From Candidatus Undinarchaeota archaeon (lineage in GTDB: Archaea; SpSt-1190), in assembly GCA_964549355.1 (NCBI GenBank), contig CAZJUS010000002.1:1-48520 (forward strand): 48,520 nt of DNA. Direction: 5' to 3'. The notes under the pieces were generated by a model. That model did no database searches. It was given only the letters and a program-made list of their open reading frames with translations, and had not been told where the DNA came from. A program made the translations under genes and the position numbers. Positions 16,345 through 25,573 of the stretch are shown piece by piece. How positions within the stretch are numbered: the first letter of the stretch is position 1; each line of letters begins with the position of its first letter.

Positions 16345-17499
16345 TCATGCCCGGATGTAATCCACAAGCCTCTGCTGTTTTGAAATCAGCGGGAGCAGAC
16401 GGCTCCGGGTTTTCCAGGCTTCCAGACCGCCGAGCTTCTCGCCGACCCTTGCAAGTGCAGTTTCCAAATCCCCGAATTTTTCAGGGCGCCCTGCCAGGGC
16501 TTCCCTGATGCTGTCTCTTACATGCCAAACACCAACAGGAAAAACGTATCCCGGCCCTATCCTGCGGAATACAAAAACAGCAGCCCTCCTCCTGCGGTTT
16601 TCCAGCTGCTTGAGGACCTCCATTCTTGCGGAATAGTAGGCCCCTGTGATATTGCCGGCATAGTCCTTCTTCAGCCTGCCGTATTCATGGTCCTGGGCAA
16701 TCCCGCCCCCCCAGACTGAGCCCCTATGCCAGCTTTCCATCATTTCGAAGGCCCAGCCCCAGGGCGCCATCAATATCACAAACTGGTTGTCCCAGTGGGT
16801 TGTTTCATAAATTTCAAAGTCTGGAATCTCATCATATCTCCGGACTTTTTCAAACAGTTTTTTTGCAATAATGGAGTCGACCGCGGTTATGGCCCACCTT
16901 GTTGGGACCATTTTCCGTTCACTTTTTACGCCGATATTGCCTGTGCTCAAGACGCGGACAGCATAGTCGAATCCAAATTTGCTGTCAAGAAAATCCACAG
17001 CATATTCTGCTTTCAAATCGCAGCTGTCTACAATTTCAAAAATTTTTCCGGGAATCTTTGGAGTATCTTCAAGTGTGATTTTTTTTGCGGCGACAGCCGG
17101 AACTTGGCCGAGGTCAAAATCATTTATTCTAAGGATGGTTTTTAGTTCTGCATTCATCATGACAGGGCGGATGCTGAGGGCGGCTTCTTCAGCAGACCGG
17201 ATGTCCTTCACTTTGAAAGGCCGGACCTGCGCCGATTGGCCTGCAATAAATTCACTCATCGGGATATCCATTGATTTCTCAACAGGATTTCCATTCACAG
17301 ACAGGTGGGGGCCGACTGCAACCCGGGGGTAGTTTTTCCAGGAAACCAGATAGAAAGGGGGCGAAGGCGCCTCGATGTTTTTTTTGTACTTGATGCGCCT
17401 CAAAGTCCTGGCCCTGTCGTAGACCGGGCACCTCGGGAGCCCGCACCACAGCCTGCCCTTGCACCTTATGCATGTCCCTGGACTTATTGAGGCCGCCAC
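16345..17499 (-). CDS. Nre-family (DUF650/DUF651) archaeal DNA-repair-associated protein
   Basis: The N-terminal CIRCKGRLWCGLPRCP zinc motif is characteristic of Nre proteins. The C-terminal QQRLVDYI resembles a PCNA-interacting PIP box. Confidence 0.7.
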   Translation of the reverse strand: MAASISPGTCIRCKGRLWCGLPRCPVYDRARTLRRIKYKKNIEAPSPPFYLVSWKNYPRVAVGPHLSVNGNPVEKSMDIPMSEFIAGQSAQVRPFKVKDIRSAEEAALSIRPVMMNAELKTILRINDFDLGQVPAVAAKKITLEDTPKIPGKIFEIVDSCDLKAEYAVDFLDSKFGFDYAVRVLSTGNIGVKSERKMVPTRWAITAVDSIIAKKLFEKVRRYDEIPDFEIYETTHWDNQFVILMAPWGWAFEMMESWHRGSVWGGGIAQDHEYGRLKKDYAGNITGAYYSARMEVLKQLENRRRRAAVFVFRRIGPGYVFPVGVWHVRDSIREALAGRPEKFGDLETALARVGEKLGGLEAWKTRSRLLPLISKQQRLVDYIRA

Positions 17500-17602
17500 G
17501 CAAGGCCTCTATGCAGATGGTTTAAAGGCATGAGTCTGCCGTGCCGATGATGCGCTAAATCCACAGTCTAAAACCTCTTTTTGGCCTTATTTCTGCAGAA
17601 AA

Positions 17603-17610
17603 CTTTATAA
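17603..17610 (+). promoter_or_regulatory. TATA box (ctttataa) for tfs
   Basis: It is centred about 27 nt upstream of the ATG at 17633. Confidence 0.4.
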
Positions 17611-17632
17611 TATTATTTAAATCTAAAGGGGC

Positions 17633-17968
17633 ATGCCCATAAAATTCTGCCCCAAGTGCGGAGGCATGATGATTCCGGACAAAAGGGAGGGCAAGCTGGT
17701 CTGGGTGTGCCGTAGCTGTGGCAAGGTCCAGAGAGGCAACAAGGAGCAGAAGCTCGTTTTGTCCCAGGAAATAAATGAAAAGAAAGGCATCCCCATTGTT
17801 GATGCGGACAAGGAGAAGGAAAAATTGTCCGTGATTGACATCAAGTGCCATAAGTGCGGCAACAACAAAGCCATGTGGTGGCTCCAGCAGACGCGGGCCG
17901 GCGATGAAGCAGCTACGCGGTTTTACAAATGCATTGAATGCGGTTACACCTGGCGTGAAAATTCATAG
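17633..17968 (+). CDS. tfs: Transcription cleavage factor TFS (RpoM/TFIIS-like)
   Basis: N-terminal Zn ribbon CPKCGG...CRSCG and C-terminal ribbon CHKCG...QTRAGDEAATRFYKCIECGYTWR. Confidence 0.92.
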   Translation: MPIKFCPKCGGMMIPDKREGKLVWVCRSCGKVQRGNKEQKLVLSQEINEKKGIPIVDADKEKEKLSVIDIKCHKCGNNKAMWWLQQTRAGDEAATRFYKCIECGYTWRENS

Positions 17969-18937
17969 GACCCAAATCAGAATTGCAAAGACTGCAAAAA
18001 CTGCCCAGACTCTTTTCACTATTTGGCTCTCGGTGTATTTTCCATTCATCCAAAAATGCGGAATTGAATATATTCCCGGATATCTTTTCACAATTTTTCC
18101 TTTTTCATTTTTTCCAACCGTCGGCATTTTCAGTTTCCCCCTGAGTTTCAGGAAGAATTCAATTGCGAATGGAATGGACAGTATGATGACAGCTTTTTCG
18201 ACGTTCCCAATGATGGCGATATTAGCCAAAACAGCACCCATGAAATAAGTGAAGCTGTCGCCCGTCAGCATTTTTGCCGGAAACTTGTTGAAAGGAAAGA
18301 AGCCCAGGACAGCGCCCAATGCAGTGAATGCAATTACTTTTGCAGCGAGGCTGGTGCTGTGAACATAGGTGAAGAATGCCAAGGATGTCAGGTAAATCAA
18401 AGGGGCCCCCGCTTCGAGCCCATTCATGCCCGCCAGCAGGTTGACCATATTGGCGCCCACCATGATTCCGAGGGGGATGAGCAGGAGGGGGTATGCCAGC
18501 CCCAGCTCCACTGCACCGACAAAAGGCAGGGTTACCATGGTGGTGCCCAGCTTGACGGCCATCAGCGGCAGGGCCGCCGGGAGGCTCATCAAAGGCTTTT
18601 CCCACTGCTTTAGGCCGGTCCTTATAGAGCCTTTGACATTGATATCGTCCAGGAAGCCGATGAGGGTGATGATGCTGATGGACAGCACGGCAGCCGTGAT
18701 TTCATACAAACCCTCGCCGGATTTCAGAAAATAAGTGATGAGGAATGCATAAAGCATTACAGAGAAAAAGAAGCCCAGAAAAACCGGCACGCCACCGCTG
18801 GTCGGCAGAATGGGTTTTCTAGGTTTGTGCACATCTTCTGCAACGATTCCAGACCGGAAAAAGTAGTTTTTCAGCCATTTGGTGATGAGGAAGGTAATCA
18901 CTGCGGAAAACAAAAAGATTAATGTGAAACTCTCCAT
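17963..18937 (-). CDS. Glycosyltransferase family 4 (MraY/WecA/AglH-like) dolichyl-phosphate HexNAc-1-P transferase
   Basis: Polytopic membrane protein with GFLDDI and NLLAGMNGLEAG motifs. Confidence 0.85.
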   Translation of the reverse strand: MESFTLIFLFSAVITFLITKWLKNYFFRSGIVAEDVHKPRKPILPTSGGVPVFLGFFFSVMLYAFLITYFLKSGEGLYEITAAVLSISIITLIGFLDDINVKGSIRTGLKQWEKPLMSLPAALPLMAVKLGTTMVTLPFVGAVELGLAYPLLLIPLGIMVGANMVNLLAGMNGLEAGAPLIYLTSLAFFTYVHSTSLAAKVIAFTALGAVLGFFPFNKFPAKMLTGDSFTYFMGAVLANIAIIGNVEKAVIILSIPFAIEFFLKLRGKLKMPTVGKNEKGKIVKRYPGIYSIPHFWMNGKYTESQIVKRVWAVFAVFAILIWVL

Positions 18938-18974
18938 GTATGGCTTTAGTTCCGGCCTTTAAAATACCACCAAC

Positions 18975-18982
18975 TTAATATA
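18975..18982 (+). promoter_or_regulatory. TATA-like box (ttaatata) for the 19004 operon
   Basis: It is centred about 25 nt upstream of the GTG at 19004. Confidence 0.35.
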
Positions 18983-19003
18983 GCCCCGAACCCATATGAT
19001 ACT

Positions 19004-20893
19004 GTGGCCGAAGGCAAAAAGGGAGCAGTAGGATCCACAGTCGCACCTCCAGACCAGAATGCCGATTTTCTCACGCAAATCCAGAACACATTCGAGCGGG
19101 GGGTCGTGAGCGCCGAAGTGGACCTCGGAGGGCTCTTTGCCCAGGATGACAAAGGCGGGGGGGGCAGTGTCAAGACCCTTTGGGGGGAGGCCACCCGCAT
19201 CACCACAGGTCCGGCGGGCGCCCAGGAGCAGCTCCTGAAGAAAATGAAGACTATTGCAGATACCTTCGGCGGCAGATTCACAGCCCATGCGCCGATGCAG
19301 GCCGACCCTTCCGAGCTCATGTCCATCAGCAGGACCCGGGCCGCCAACATACTGAAGACTTCAATAAAATACTCTGACAAAATCGGGGCCTCCGTCCTCA
19401 CTGTCCATCCCATAGGGCAGATGCAGTATTACTTCATCGAGCCGTTCACAAATCAAAGGATGCCGGTGCAGAGTCCATTCATGCTGGCCAGAGACGAAAA
19501 AGAGCTTGACAATCTTTTTAAAAAGTACAAAGTGAAGGACTCACTCCTCAAGAAGCAAATCAAAAGTGAATGGGAAAATTTCATTCAGGTCCTCCCGACA
19601 TTCTTCGCTGAAAAATACGGCGCCCAGGCTGCTCAGCTTTTTGACACCTTTGCCATGAGGGCTGCCCAGAAAAATGTCCTGGGAATCGTCGACAGGTTCG
19701 GCGGGGATGTTGACAAGGCATATGATTACGTAAAAAAAGCCAGCGTCCATTACGATCCTCGAGTCGCTCAAAGCATGGAGAACGAGATGCTGAAGATAAA
19801 AGGCAACAACAAGTATTTGGCGAAGCTCAAGAGCGACAGAAGGACTATAGACAGTCATCTGAAAACGCTGTGGCCCAAGATTGCAATAACCACCCTTGAG
19901 CCTATTGATGAGCAAGGGCGCCCGGTCACACTGCCCGAGAATTTCAACTCTTTATCGCCTTCTGAGCAAAGAGAGGTGCACCGCAATGCACGTTTGAAAG
20001 TGGTGAAGAAAGGGTGGGCTGCAATCACCTCGCAGGGCAGGTTCGGGCCTTTTGATGAAGCCATCAAGGATATCGAGCATTCCGTCAAGGACACTTTCCG
20101 CAGATTGCTCTCAGACAAGGAAGTCAAAAAAATACTGAGGAAGGGCAAATTGAAAATCGGCATTGAGAATCTCTTCCCTGCCGTGCCTGAGAAGGGATAC
20201 ATGCAGGGGTTCGCCCACTTTTACAAGCCGGAGCACATGGCCAAGCTGGTGAAGGATGTGAGGGCGATTGCGAGGGCGAACGGCATCCCCGACGATGCCA
20301 TCACCATCACTTTTGATGTGGGCCATGCAGCGGCTTCAGGCGTAAAGCCCAGCAAATTTTTGGCGGAGCTGAAGAAGCGCGGTGTCAAGCCGGGCCATGT
20401 CCACCTGGTCGGAGGCCCCGGATACGGCCACGGCCATATCGCATGGGGCGACTGGCTTGATGAGGTGAGCAGGATGGACCCCGGCATAATCGCCAAGCTC
20501 ACCGACATGGGAGTCATTAATATTGAAGGCGGTGCCGGCCTCTACGACACCGAGGTAACACTCAACGCCATGTGGAACGAGGGTGTGCCCCTTGAAGCTT
20601 TGATGGCTATGGCGGGCGGACCCCAGCCAAGCATGGGGGATCTGCGGTATGCCGGATTCAAAGCTCCGCCGTATTGGGCGGAAGTTGCGGAGAGGTTCCG
20701 CGGGACTGGGTTTGCCCAGAGAGCATTTTATTCCTTCAGCACGGAAACAATGGGGGCCCCCATGCGGACGGCGTTCGGTTCATATTCCATGCCGGGCATG
20801 TACGGCGGGGGATATTCACTGGGTCCCGGGCTCACCCCCCGCATATGGGGCGGAGCCCAGCCTCTACTGTATTCGGCGAAGAAAAAAGGTTGA
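19004..20893 (+). CDS. Large xylose-isomerase/Endo-IV-like TIM-barrel protein with a long internal insertion and a Gly/Tyr/Pro-rich tail
   Basis: Metal-ligand-like motifs appear in family order: TAHAPM, LTVHPIG, IGIENL, FDVGHAAASG, HVHLVGG..GHGH. About 230 aa lie between TVHP and IGIEN. The tail is SMPGMYGGGYSLGPGLTPRIWGG. Confidence 0.6.
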   Translation: MAEGKKGAVGSTVAPPDQNADFLTQIQNTFERGVVSAEVDLGGLFAQDDKGGGGSVKTLWGEATRITTGPAGAQEQLLKKMKTIADTFGGRFTAHAPMQADPSELMSISRTRAANILKTSIKYSDKIGASVLTVHPIGQMQYYFIEPFTNQRMPVQSPFMLARDEKELDNLFKKYKVKDSLLKKQIKSEWENFIQVLPTFFAEKYGAQAAQLFDTFAMRAAQKNVLGIVDRFGGDVDKAYDYVKKASVHYDPRVAQSMENEMLKIKGNNKYLAKLKSDRRTIDSHLKTLWPKIAITTLEPIDEQGRPVTLPENFNSLSPSEQREVHRNARLKVVKKGWAAITSQGRFGPFDEAIKDIEHSVKDTFRRLLSDKEVKKILRKGKLKIGIENLFPAVPEKGYMQGFAHFYKPEHMAKLVKDVRAIARANGIPDDAITITFDVGHAAASGVKPSKFLAELKKRGVKPGHVHLVGGPGYGHGHIAWGDWLDEVSRMDPGIIAKLTDMGVINIEGGAGLYDTEVTLNAMWNEGVPLEALMAMAGGPQPSMGDLRYAGFKAPPYWAEVAERFRGTGFAQRAFYSFSTETMGAPMRTAFGSYSMPGMYGGGYSLGPGLTPRIWGGAQPLLYSAKKKG

Positions 20894-20897
20894 TGAT

Positions 20898-21767
20898 ATG
20901 GAAATAAGAAAAAAACAAGATGTGGTTGACGAAGCGGCCAAAAAGCAGCTTCGTGCGGAGGACGTTTCAAAGGTCTATGACTTCACGGCTGAAGTCGCAA
21001 AAAAATTCGGCACTTTCATAAAGGCGGTCGTTGTCTTCGGCTCCTTTGCAAGGGAGCGGAAGGAGGCCAGCAACGATATTGACATAATGGTCATAGTGGA
21101 CGATTCCTTCGCCCCGCTCGACCAGGCCCTGCTGATTGCCTTCCAGAATGAGATGGGGAGGCTGATGAAGGATTACCCCCAGATGCACATAAACTCAGTC
21201 ACCATAAGCCAGTTCTGGGACTCGGTCCGGAGAGGGGACCCTCTGGTCATTTCAGTGCTGAAGGACGCCATACCTGTTTTCGATTTGGGCTTCTTTTCAC
21301 CGCTCCAGAGGCTGCTGATGCAGGGCAAAATCAGGCCCACTCAGGAGGCGGTCAATGTGGCGGTGTCCCGTGCGTTCTTCAACCTCAACAGCTATTCGCA
21401 CATAGTGAACAACGCCCTCCTGGCCCTGTACAACGCAGCGGTCGAGGCAGCCCATGCAGCGGTCATGTCCTACGGCAGGATTCCGGGCTCCCACAGGGAG
21501 GTGGCCGGCCTGCTCAGGGAAACTGCAGTGAAGGACGGCAAGCTGACGGAGGAGGACGTGAAAGTTTATGAGGAGCTTTTTGACACCATGAAAAAAATTG
21601 AGAAGGGGGAGCTAGATTATATAAAACCCGACCGCTTGGAAGAGATCCACAAGAAAACTGTGGATTTCGTAGGCAAAATTGAAAGCTCAATCAACCTTGA
21701 AGCTTTGAAGCAGGCCACAGAAAAGCAGGAGCCTCCCGCCGACGAATCAAAGACAAAGGAAGTGTGA
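20898..21767 (+). CDS. Nucleotidyltransferase (Pol-beta/MNT-type) + HEPN fusion protein, paralogue 1
   Basis: The NTase motif is GSFARERKEASNDIDIMVIVDD. The C-terminal helical domain carries an R-x4-H motif (GRIPGSH). Confidence 0.75.
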   Translation: MEIRKKQDVVDEAAKKQLRAEDVSKVYDFTAEVAKKFGTFIKAVVVFGSFARERKEASNDIDIMVIVDDSFAPLDQALLIAFQNEMGRLMKDYPQMHINSVTISQFWDSVRRGDPLVISVLKDAIPVFDLGFFSPLQRLLMQGKIRPTQEAVNVAVSRAFFNLNSYSHIVNNALLALYNAAVEAAHAAVMSYGRIPGSHREVAGLLRETAVKDGKLTEEDVKVYEELFDTMKKIEKGELDYIKPDRLEEIHKKTVDFVGKIESSINLEALKQATEKQEPPADESKTKEV

Positions 21768-23062
21768 AGATGGTTAAAGCGACACCAACAGCCAGAGGCC
21801 AGAAACAGATTGAAGTCAAGGACGGCTCCAGCCCCCTGGAAGCTGAAGATAAAGCTTTTGAGCAGAAGGAAGCGAAAAGACGGATTTCCAGCAGGCAGGT
21901 CGAGGCAGCCAAGAAGAAGCAGAAGACCTTCTACAAAATGAAGATGAAGGCCGTCGAGCGCTTCTCCGTCGCAGCCCGCCAGAAGCTGGGCGCCATGCTC
22001 AAGGGCGTTGCGGTAATTGGCAGTCTGGCCCGCGGGGACTTTGTGCCCGGCTCCGATATAGATGTCCTCGTTGTAGTTGATGACACCAAGCGCGAGGTCC
22101 CGAGCGAGCTGAAGGAGAAGCTCCTGGCCATGCTCAACGACATGGGCAGGAAGATAGACAAAAAAATGCAGGTGCAGATCCACACCCTCACTGAGATGTT
22201 CCAGTTCGCCAAGGAGGGCGACAATATAATCTACAATTTCCTCCGCCACATGAAGATAGTCTATGACGGCGGCGTGCTGACGCCTTTCACCCGCCTGCTC
22301 AAGACCGGCGAAATAAAGCCCACTAAGGAGGCTATGATGCGCAGCCTGGACGGTGCGGAGTACTATATGAAGAAAATCGAGCAGTACATAGAGTGGATTC
22401 TTGAAAGATATTACCGCGGAGTTACGTGGTCCGCCAATGCCTACATTATGAGTCTGGGCGAGAGCCCCGCTGCGGTGCCGGAGATTCCCATAGTCCTCCA
22501 GAGCAAAGTTGATGAAGGCCTCCTGCCCCCGGAAATTCCAGCCATTGCAGCAGAGACCATCAAAGTTTTCAAGGCGGTCGAGCATGGGGACGGAAAGCCC
22601 GAGCTGAAAGTGGCTTTTGAGCTTGAACCCAAAGTCCGCCATTTTATTGCAGTCCTGAAGAAGGAAGTGGTGGGCTCTCTGGTCAGCAAGAGCGTCGGCA
22701 CTGCTGTCAAATCCAAAATCAAAACCATGCCTAAAATCATATTTGAGTTCAGCAAGCACAGGGCTTTTGTCTGGCTGCTGGACGGGGGCATCTATATGGC
22801 AGTCTACCGCGGAGGCAAGCTCAGCAAGGTCTACAAGGCGCAGATAAAGGACGGGGTAGTGGCCAGCTTCAAGGCCACCAAGAACGACGCCCTCTTCAAG
22901 GCCATGGAGCAGAGCTCCCTCAAGCCTTTGGTAAACGGCAAGCTCATCAAGAAGATTTACAGCAAGCTGCCCGCCGATGTGAAGGCTCCGGTGAAGAAGC
23001 TGGCGGTTGAATACCCCGGCAGGGCCATGCTGGATTTGACGGGCTCAATCAAGCTGGCGTAA
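21764..23062 (+). CDS. Nucleotidyltransferase + HEPN-like fusion protein, paralogue 2, with a roughly 130-aa C-terminal extension
   Basis: The NTase motif is GSLARGDFVPGSDIDVLVVVDD. It is collinear with paralogue 1 (LKTGEIKPTKEAM vs LMQGKIRPTQEAV), but the R-x4-H position reads LGESPAAV. It has a GTGA overlap with the upstream gene. Confidence 0.75.
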   Translation: MKMVKATPTARGQKQIEVKDGSSPLEAEDKAFEQKEAKRRISSRQVEAAKKKQKTFYKMKMKAVERFSVAARQKLGAMLKGVAVIGSLARGDFVPGSDIDVLVVVDDTKREVPSELKEKLLAMLNDMGRKIDKKMQVQIHTLTEMFQFAKEGDNIIYNFLRHMKIVYDGGVLTPFTRLLKTGEIKPTKEAMMRSLDGAEYYMKKIEQYIEWILERYYRGVTWSANAYIMSLGESPAAVPEIPIVLQSKVDEGLLPPEIPAIAAETIKVFKAVEHGDGKPELKVAFELEPKVRHFIAVLKKEVVGSLVSKSVGTAVKSKIKTMPKIIFEFSKHRAFVWLLDGGIYMAVYRGGKLSKVYKAQIKDGVVASFKATKNDALFKAMEQSSLKPLVNGKLIKKIYSKLPADVKAPVKKLAVEYPGRAMLDLTGSIKLA

Positions 23063-23069
23063 GGGATAA

Positions 23070-24221
23070 ATGCCCCGGGTGCTCCTGCTGTTTGTGTTCT
23101 GGTTCTGGCTCCTAGTAGCAGTCGCCTTCATAAACCTTGCCACTGCCCTTGTGTCCTTCAGAAGAAAAAGCCTGCCGGCCTTGAAAAAATACCCCTCTGT
23201 GACCATAATCTGCAGGACCTGGGACGACGACCATATAGTGGACAGGTTCATCAAAGGGTGCCTGGCCCAGGACTACAAGGGAAAGCTTGAAATTATTATT
23301 GCGGACGATGCCTCGCAGGACCGGACGCCTGAGGTCGTGAAAAAATACAAGGGTAAAATTATCTATGTCCGCGCCAAGAAGCACCGTAAATGGAAGGCCA
23401 TGTTCCTGAATCCCATCATCAAAAAACATGTGAAAAGCGAGATACTCATCAACATGGACATTGATGCAGTGATGCCCAGGGACTATGTCACCAAGATGGT
23501 GCGGAGCCTGCAGATGTATGATGCAGTGTCCTCCGCCTGCATCGGCGGCAACCCCTGGACTATGATAGCCAAAATCCGGATCATAGAGGATATCTGGGCA
23601 TACTGCACGGGCATGGCCGGCAGGGAAGTCCTGATTAAAAAATCTGGGATATACGGCGGGAGCCACGCCATCTGGATGAAGGTGCTCAGGGAAGTCGGCT
23701 ACTACGGCACCAAGACCATGGTGGAGGATGCCGAGCTGACTGTCATGCTCAACGAGAGAGGCTACAGGACGGGCTTCTGCGACGATGTGGTGGTGCTGCT
23801 GGAGGACGTGGAGACCCTGAAGCACTACCTCAATGAAAGGAAGCGGTGGGTGTACGGCCCGATGGAGGTCGCCAAAGCCTACAACGGCTTCCAGCTCTAC
23901 AATCTGATTTTCCTAATCAACATCCTTTTGAGCACGACCTCTCTGGTTTCACTGGTGCTTTCATTCTTCGACCCTATTTTTGCAATCCCTCTTGGCATGA
24001 ACCTGCTGACCCACATACTCTCCCTGAAAAGATTCCGGGCGGAACCCCGTGTGTATTCATGGATCCTGCTCTACATCTTCCTTGACCCTGTGCTGGAGGC
24101 ATTGGCCCTCCTGGGGATACTGAAGGACAGCGTCTTCGGCAAGGGGGTGAAGTGGGTGAAGGTTTCGGGGAACAAATACCATATGGGCGATGACCTGGTG
24201 CCCGTTTTCAGGAGGCAGTAG
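23070..24221 (+). CDS. Membrane-embedded family-2 glycosyltransferase (processive, NodC/cellulose-synthase-like)
   Basis: Contains IIADDASQDRT, DIDAV, VEDAELT and an ERKRWVYG (QxxRW-type) motif, plus N- and C-terminal TM helices. Confidence 0.85.
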   Translation: MPRVLLLFVFWFWLLVAVAFINLATALVSFRRKSLPALKKYPSVTIICRTWDDDHIVDRFIKGCLAQDYKGKLEIIIADDASQDRTPEVVKKYKGKIIYVRAKKHRKWKAMFLNPIIKKHVKSEILINMDIDAVMPRDYVTKMVRSLQMYDAVSSACIGGNPWTMIAKIRIIEDIWAYCTGMAGREVLIKKSGIYGGSHAIWMKVLREVGYYGTKTMVEDAELTVMLNERGYRTGFCDDVVVLLEDVETLKHYLNERKRWVYGPMEVAKAYNGFQLYNLIFLINILLSTTSLVSLVLSFFDPIFAIPLGMNLLTHILSLKRFRAEPRVYSWILLYIFLDPVLEALALLGILKDSVFGKGVKWVKVSGNKYHMGDDLVPVFRRQ

Positions 24222-24265
24222 CCCCGCCAAGGCAAACCTTTTATCCTTCCCCGGCAGTCCATCCC

Positions 24266-24880
24266 ATGAAACTTCAAGTAGCCCTGGACATGACCAGCTA
24301 TGCAGACGCCATCTCGACTGCCAAGATGGTGGCCCCTTTTGTGGATATCATTGAAGTCGGCACGCCTCTGCTGAAATCAGAAGGCATGAGGACTGTGAGG
24401 CAGCTCCGGCACCTGTTTCCGGAAGGAGTCATACTGGCGGACACCAAGACCTCAGATGTGGCTTTCCTCGAAGCCGGGCTGGCAAAGAAGGCAGGGGCCG
24501 ACTACTTCACTGTCATGGCCCTGGCGCCCCACAGCACCCTCAAAGAAGCCCTCCGGGCCAGGAAGGAGCTCGGCATAAAAGTGGCGGTGGATTTCATTGG
24601 AGTCAAGGATAAGCTTGCCAAAATCAACGACCTGAAGGGCAGGGGGTTTGACGCCTTCATCCTCCACACCGCCATCGACGAGGGGCGCTTTGAGTGCAAG
24701 GAGCTGGACAAACTCAAAAAGAAGCCGTCGGAAGCCATCTTTGTCTCGGGCGGCATAAACGCAGGGACCATCCCCAAAATTGACCGGAGCAAAGTCGATG
24801 TGGTTATTGTCGGCAGGGCCATCACCTCAACCCATGACCCTGCGGGGGTGGCCCAGATATTCAAGCGCCTGGTGGAGTGA
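24266..24880 (+). CDS. hps: 3-hexulose-6-phosphate synthase (OMP-decarboxylase superfamily)
   Basis: Contains MKLQVALD, IIEVGTPLLKSEG and LADTKTSD motifs. Confidence 0.85.
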   Translation: MKLQVALDMTSYADAISTAKMVAPFVDIIEVGTPLLKSEGMRTVRQLRHLFPEGVILADTKTSDVAFLEAGLAKKAGADYFTVMALAPHSTLKEALRARKELGIKVAVDFIGVKDKLAKINDLKGRGFDAFILHTAIDEGRFECKELDKLKKKPSEAIFVSGGINAGTIPKIDRSKVDVVIVGRAITSTHDPAGVAQIFKRLVE

Positions 24881-25368
24881 GTGTCTTGGAGTTCTTTGCG
24901 GTCCGGAGCGGAGAAGACAATCCAAAAAAATGCACTGCGGTTCGGCTGGCAAAACTGGGGGAATTGAAGCTGGTGGACTCGCCGGCCGGCCTGCTCCTCA
25001 ACCCGTTTTCAGAGCGGATTTTATGCGGGGCTTGCGGCCGTGAATATCGGCGGGTCACTGCCCTTGACGTCAGCTGGAATCTGCTTGAAGCTTTTGTTGG
25101 ATACAGACCTGCAGCCAGACTGCCGTTTCTGGTGGCGGCCAACCCGGTGAATTACGGCAAACCGCACAAGCTCTCCACTGCCGAGGCCCTGGCCTCCGCT
25201 GCATGGATTATGGGGGCTCCGGATGACGCCCGCAGGCTCATGGCTCCATTCAAATGGGGCGGACATTTCCTCGACCTCAACCGGGAGAGGCTGGATGCAT
25301 ACCGCAATGCAGCGGAAGACACCATACGGGAAGCGGAGAAGCGGATGATGAGCGTGCTCCTTGAGTAA
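24877..25368 (+). CDS. tsr3: 16S rRNA aminocarboxypropyltransferase Tsr3 (DUF367)
   Basis: Contains DNPKKCTAVRL and ANPVNYGKPHKLSTAEALASAAWIMG. It has a GTGA overlap with hps. Confidence 0.85.
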   Translation: MSVLEFFAVRSGEDNPKKCTAVRLAKLGELKLVDSPAGLLLNPFSERILCGACGREYRRVTALDVSWNLLEAFVGYRPAARLPFLVAANPVNYGKPHKLSTAEALASAAWIMGAPDDARRLMAPFKWGGHFLDLNRERLDAYRNAAEDTIREAEKRMMSVLLE

Positions 25369-25399
25369 GTGTTATAAAATCCTCTGCGAGTTCCCCTCA

Positions 25400-25573
25400 A
25401 TGACAGCTTCAGTAACCGACAGGATATTCGACAGAGTGTTCATATGCATGAAGTGCAATGCCAGCATCAGGGCGGACCCAGCCAAGGTGCGCGCCGGCAG
25501 AATCAAATGCAGGAAGTGCGGTTACAACAAGCTGAGGCCGAAAAAACGTTCCAGAAAAGGTAAGACCAAATGA
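25400..25573 (+). CDS. rpl40e: 50S ribosomal protein eL40
   Basis: 57 aa with ICMKCNASI...KCRKCGYNKLRPKK. The internal ATG of ORF 25361 was used. Confidence 0.8.
   Translation: MTASVTDRIFDRVFICMKCNASIRADPAKVRAGRIKCRKCGYNKLRPKKRSRKGKTK

Noticed and set aside
17540-17600. Possible C/D-box sRNA in the nre-tfs spacer (gatgatg resembling a C box).
   Set aside because: No properly spaced CUGA D box or C'/D' pair could be found on either strand. The spacer is better explained as the tfs promoter region.
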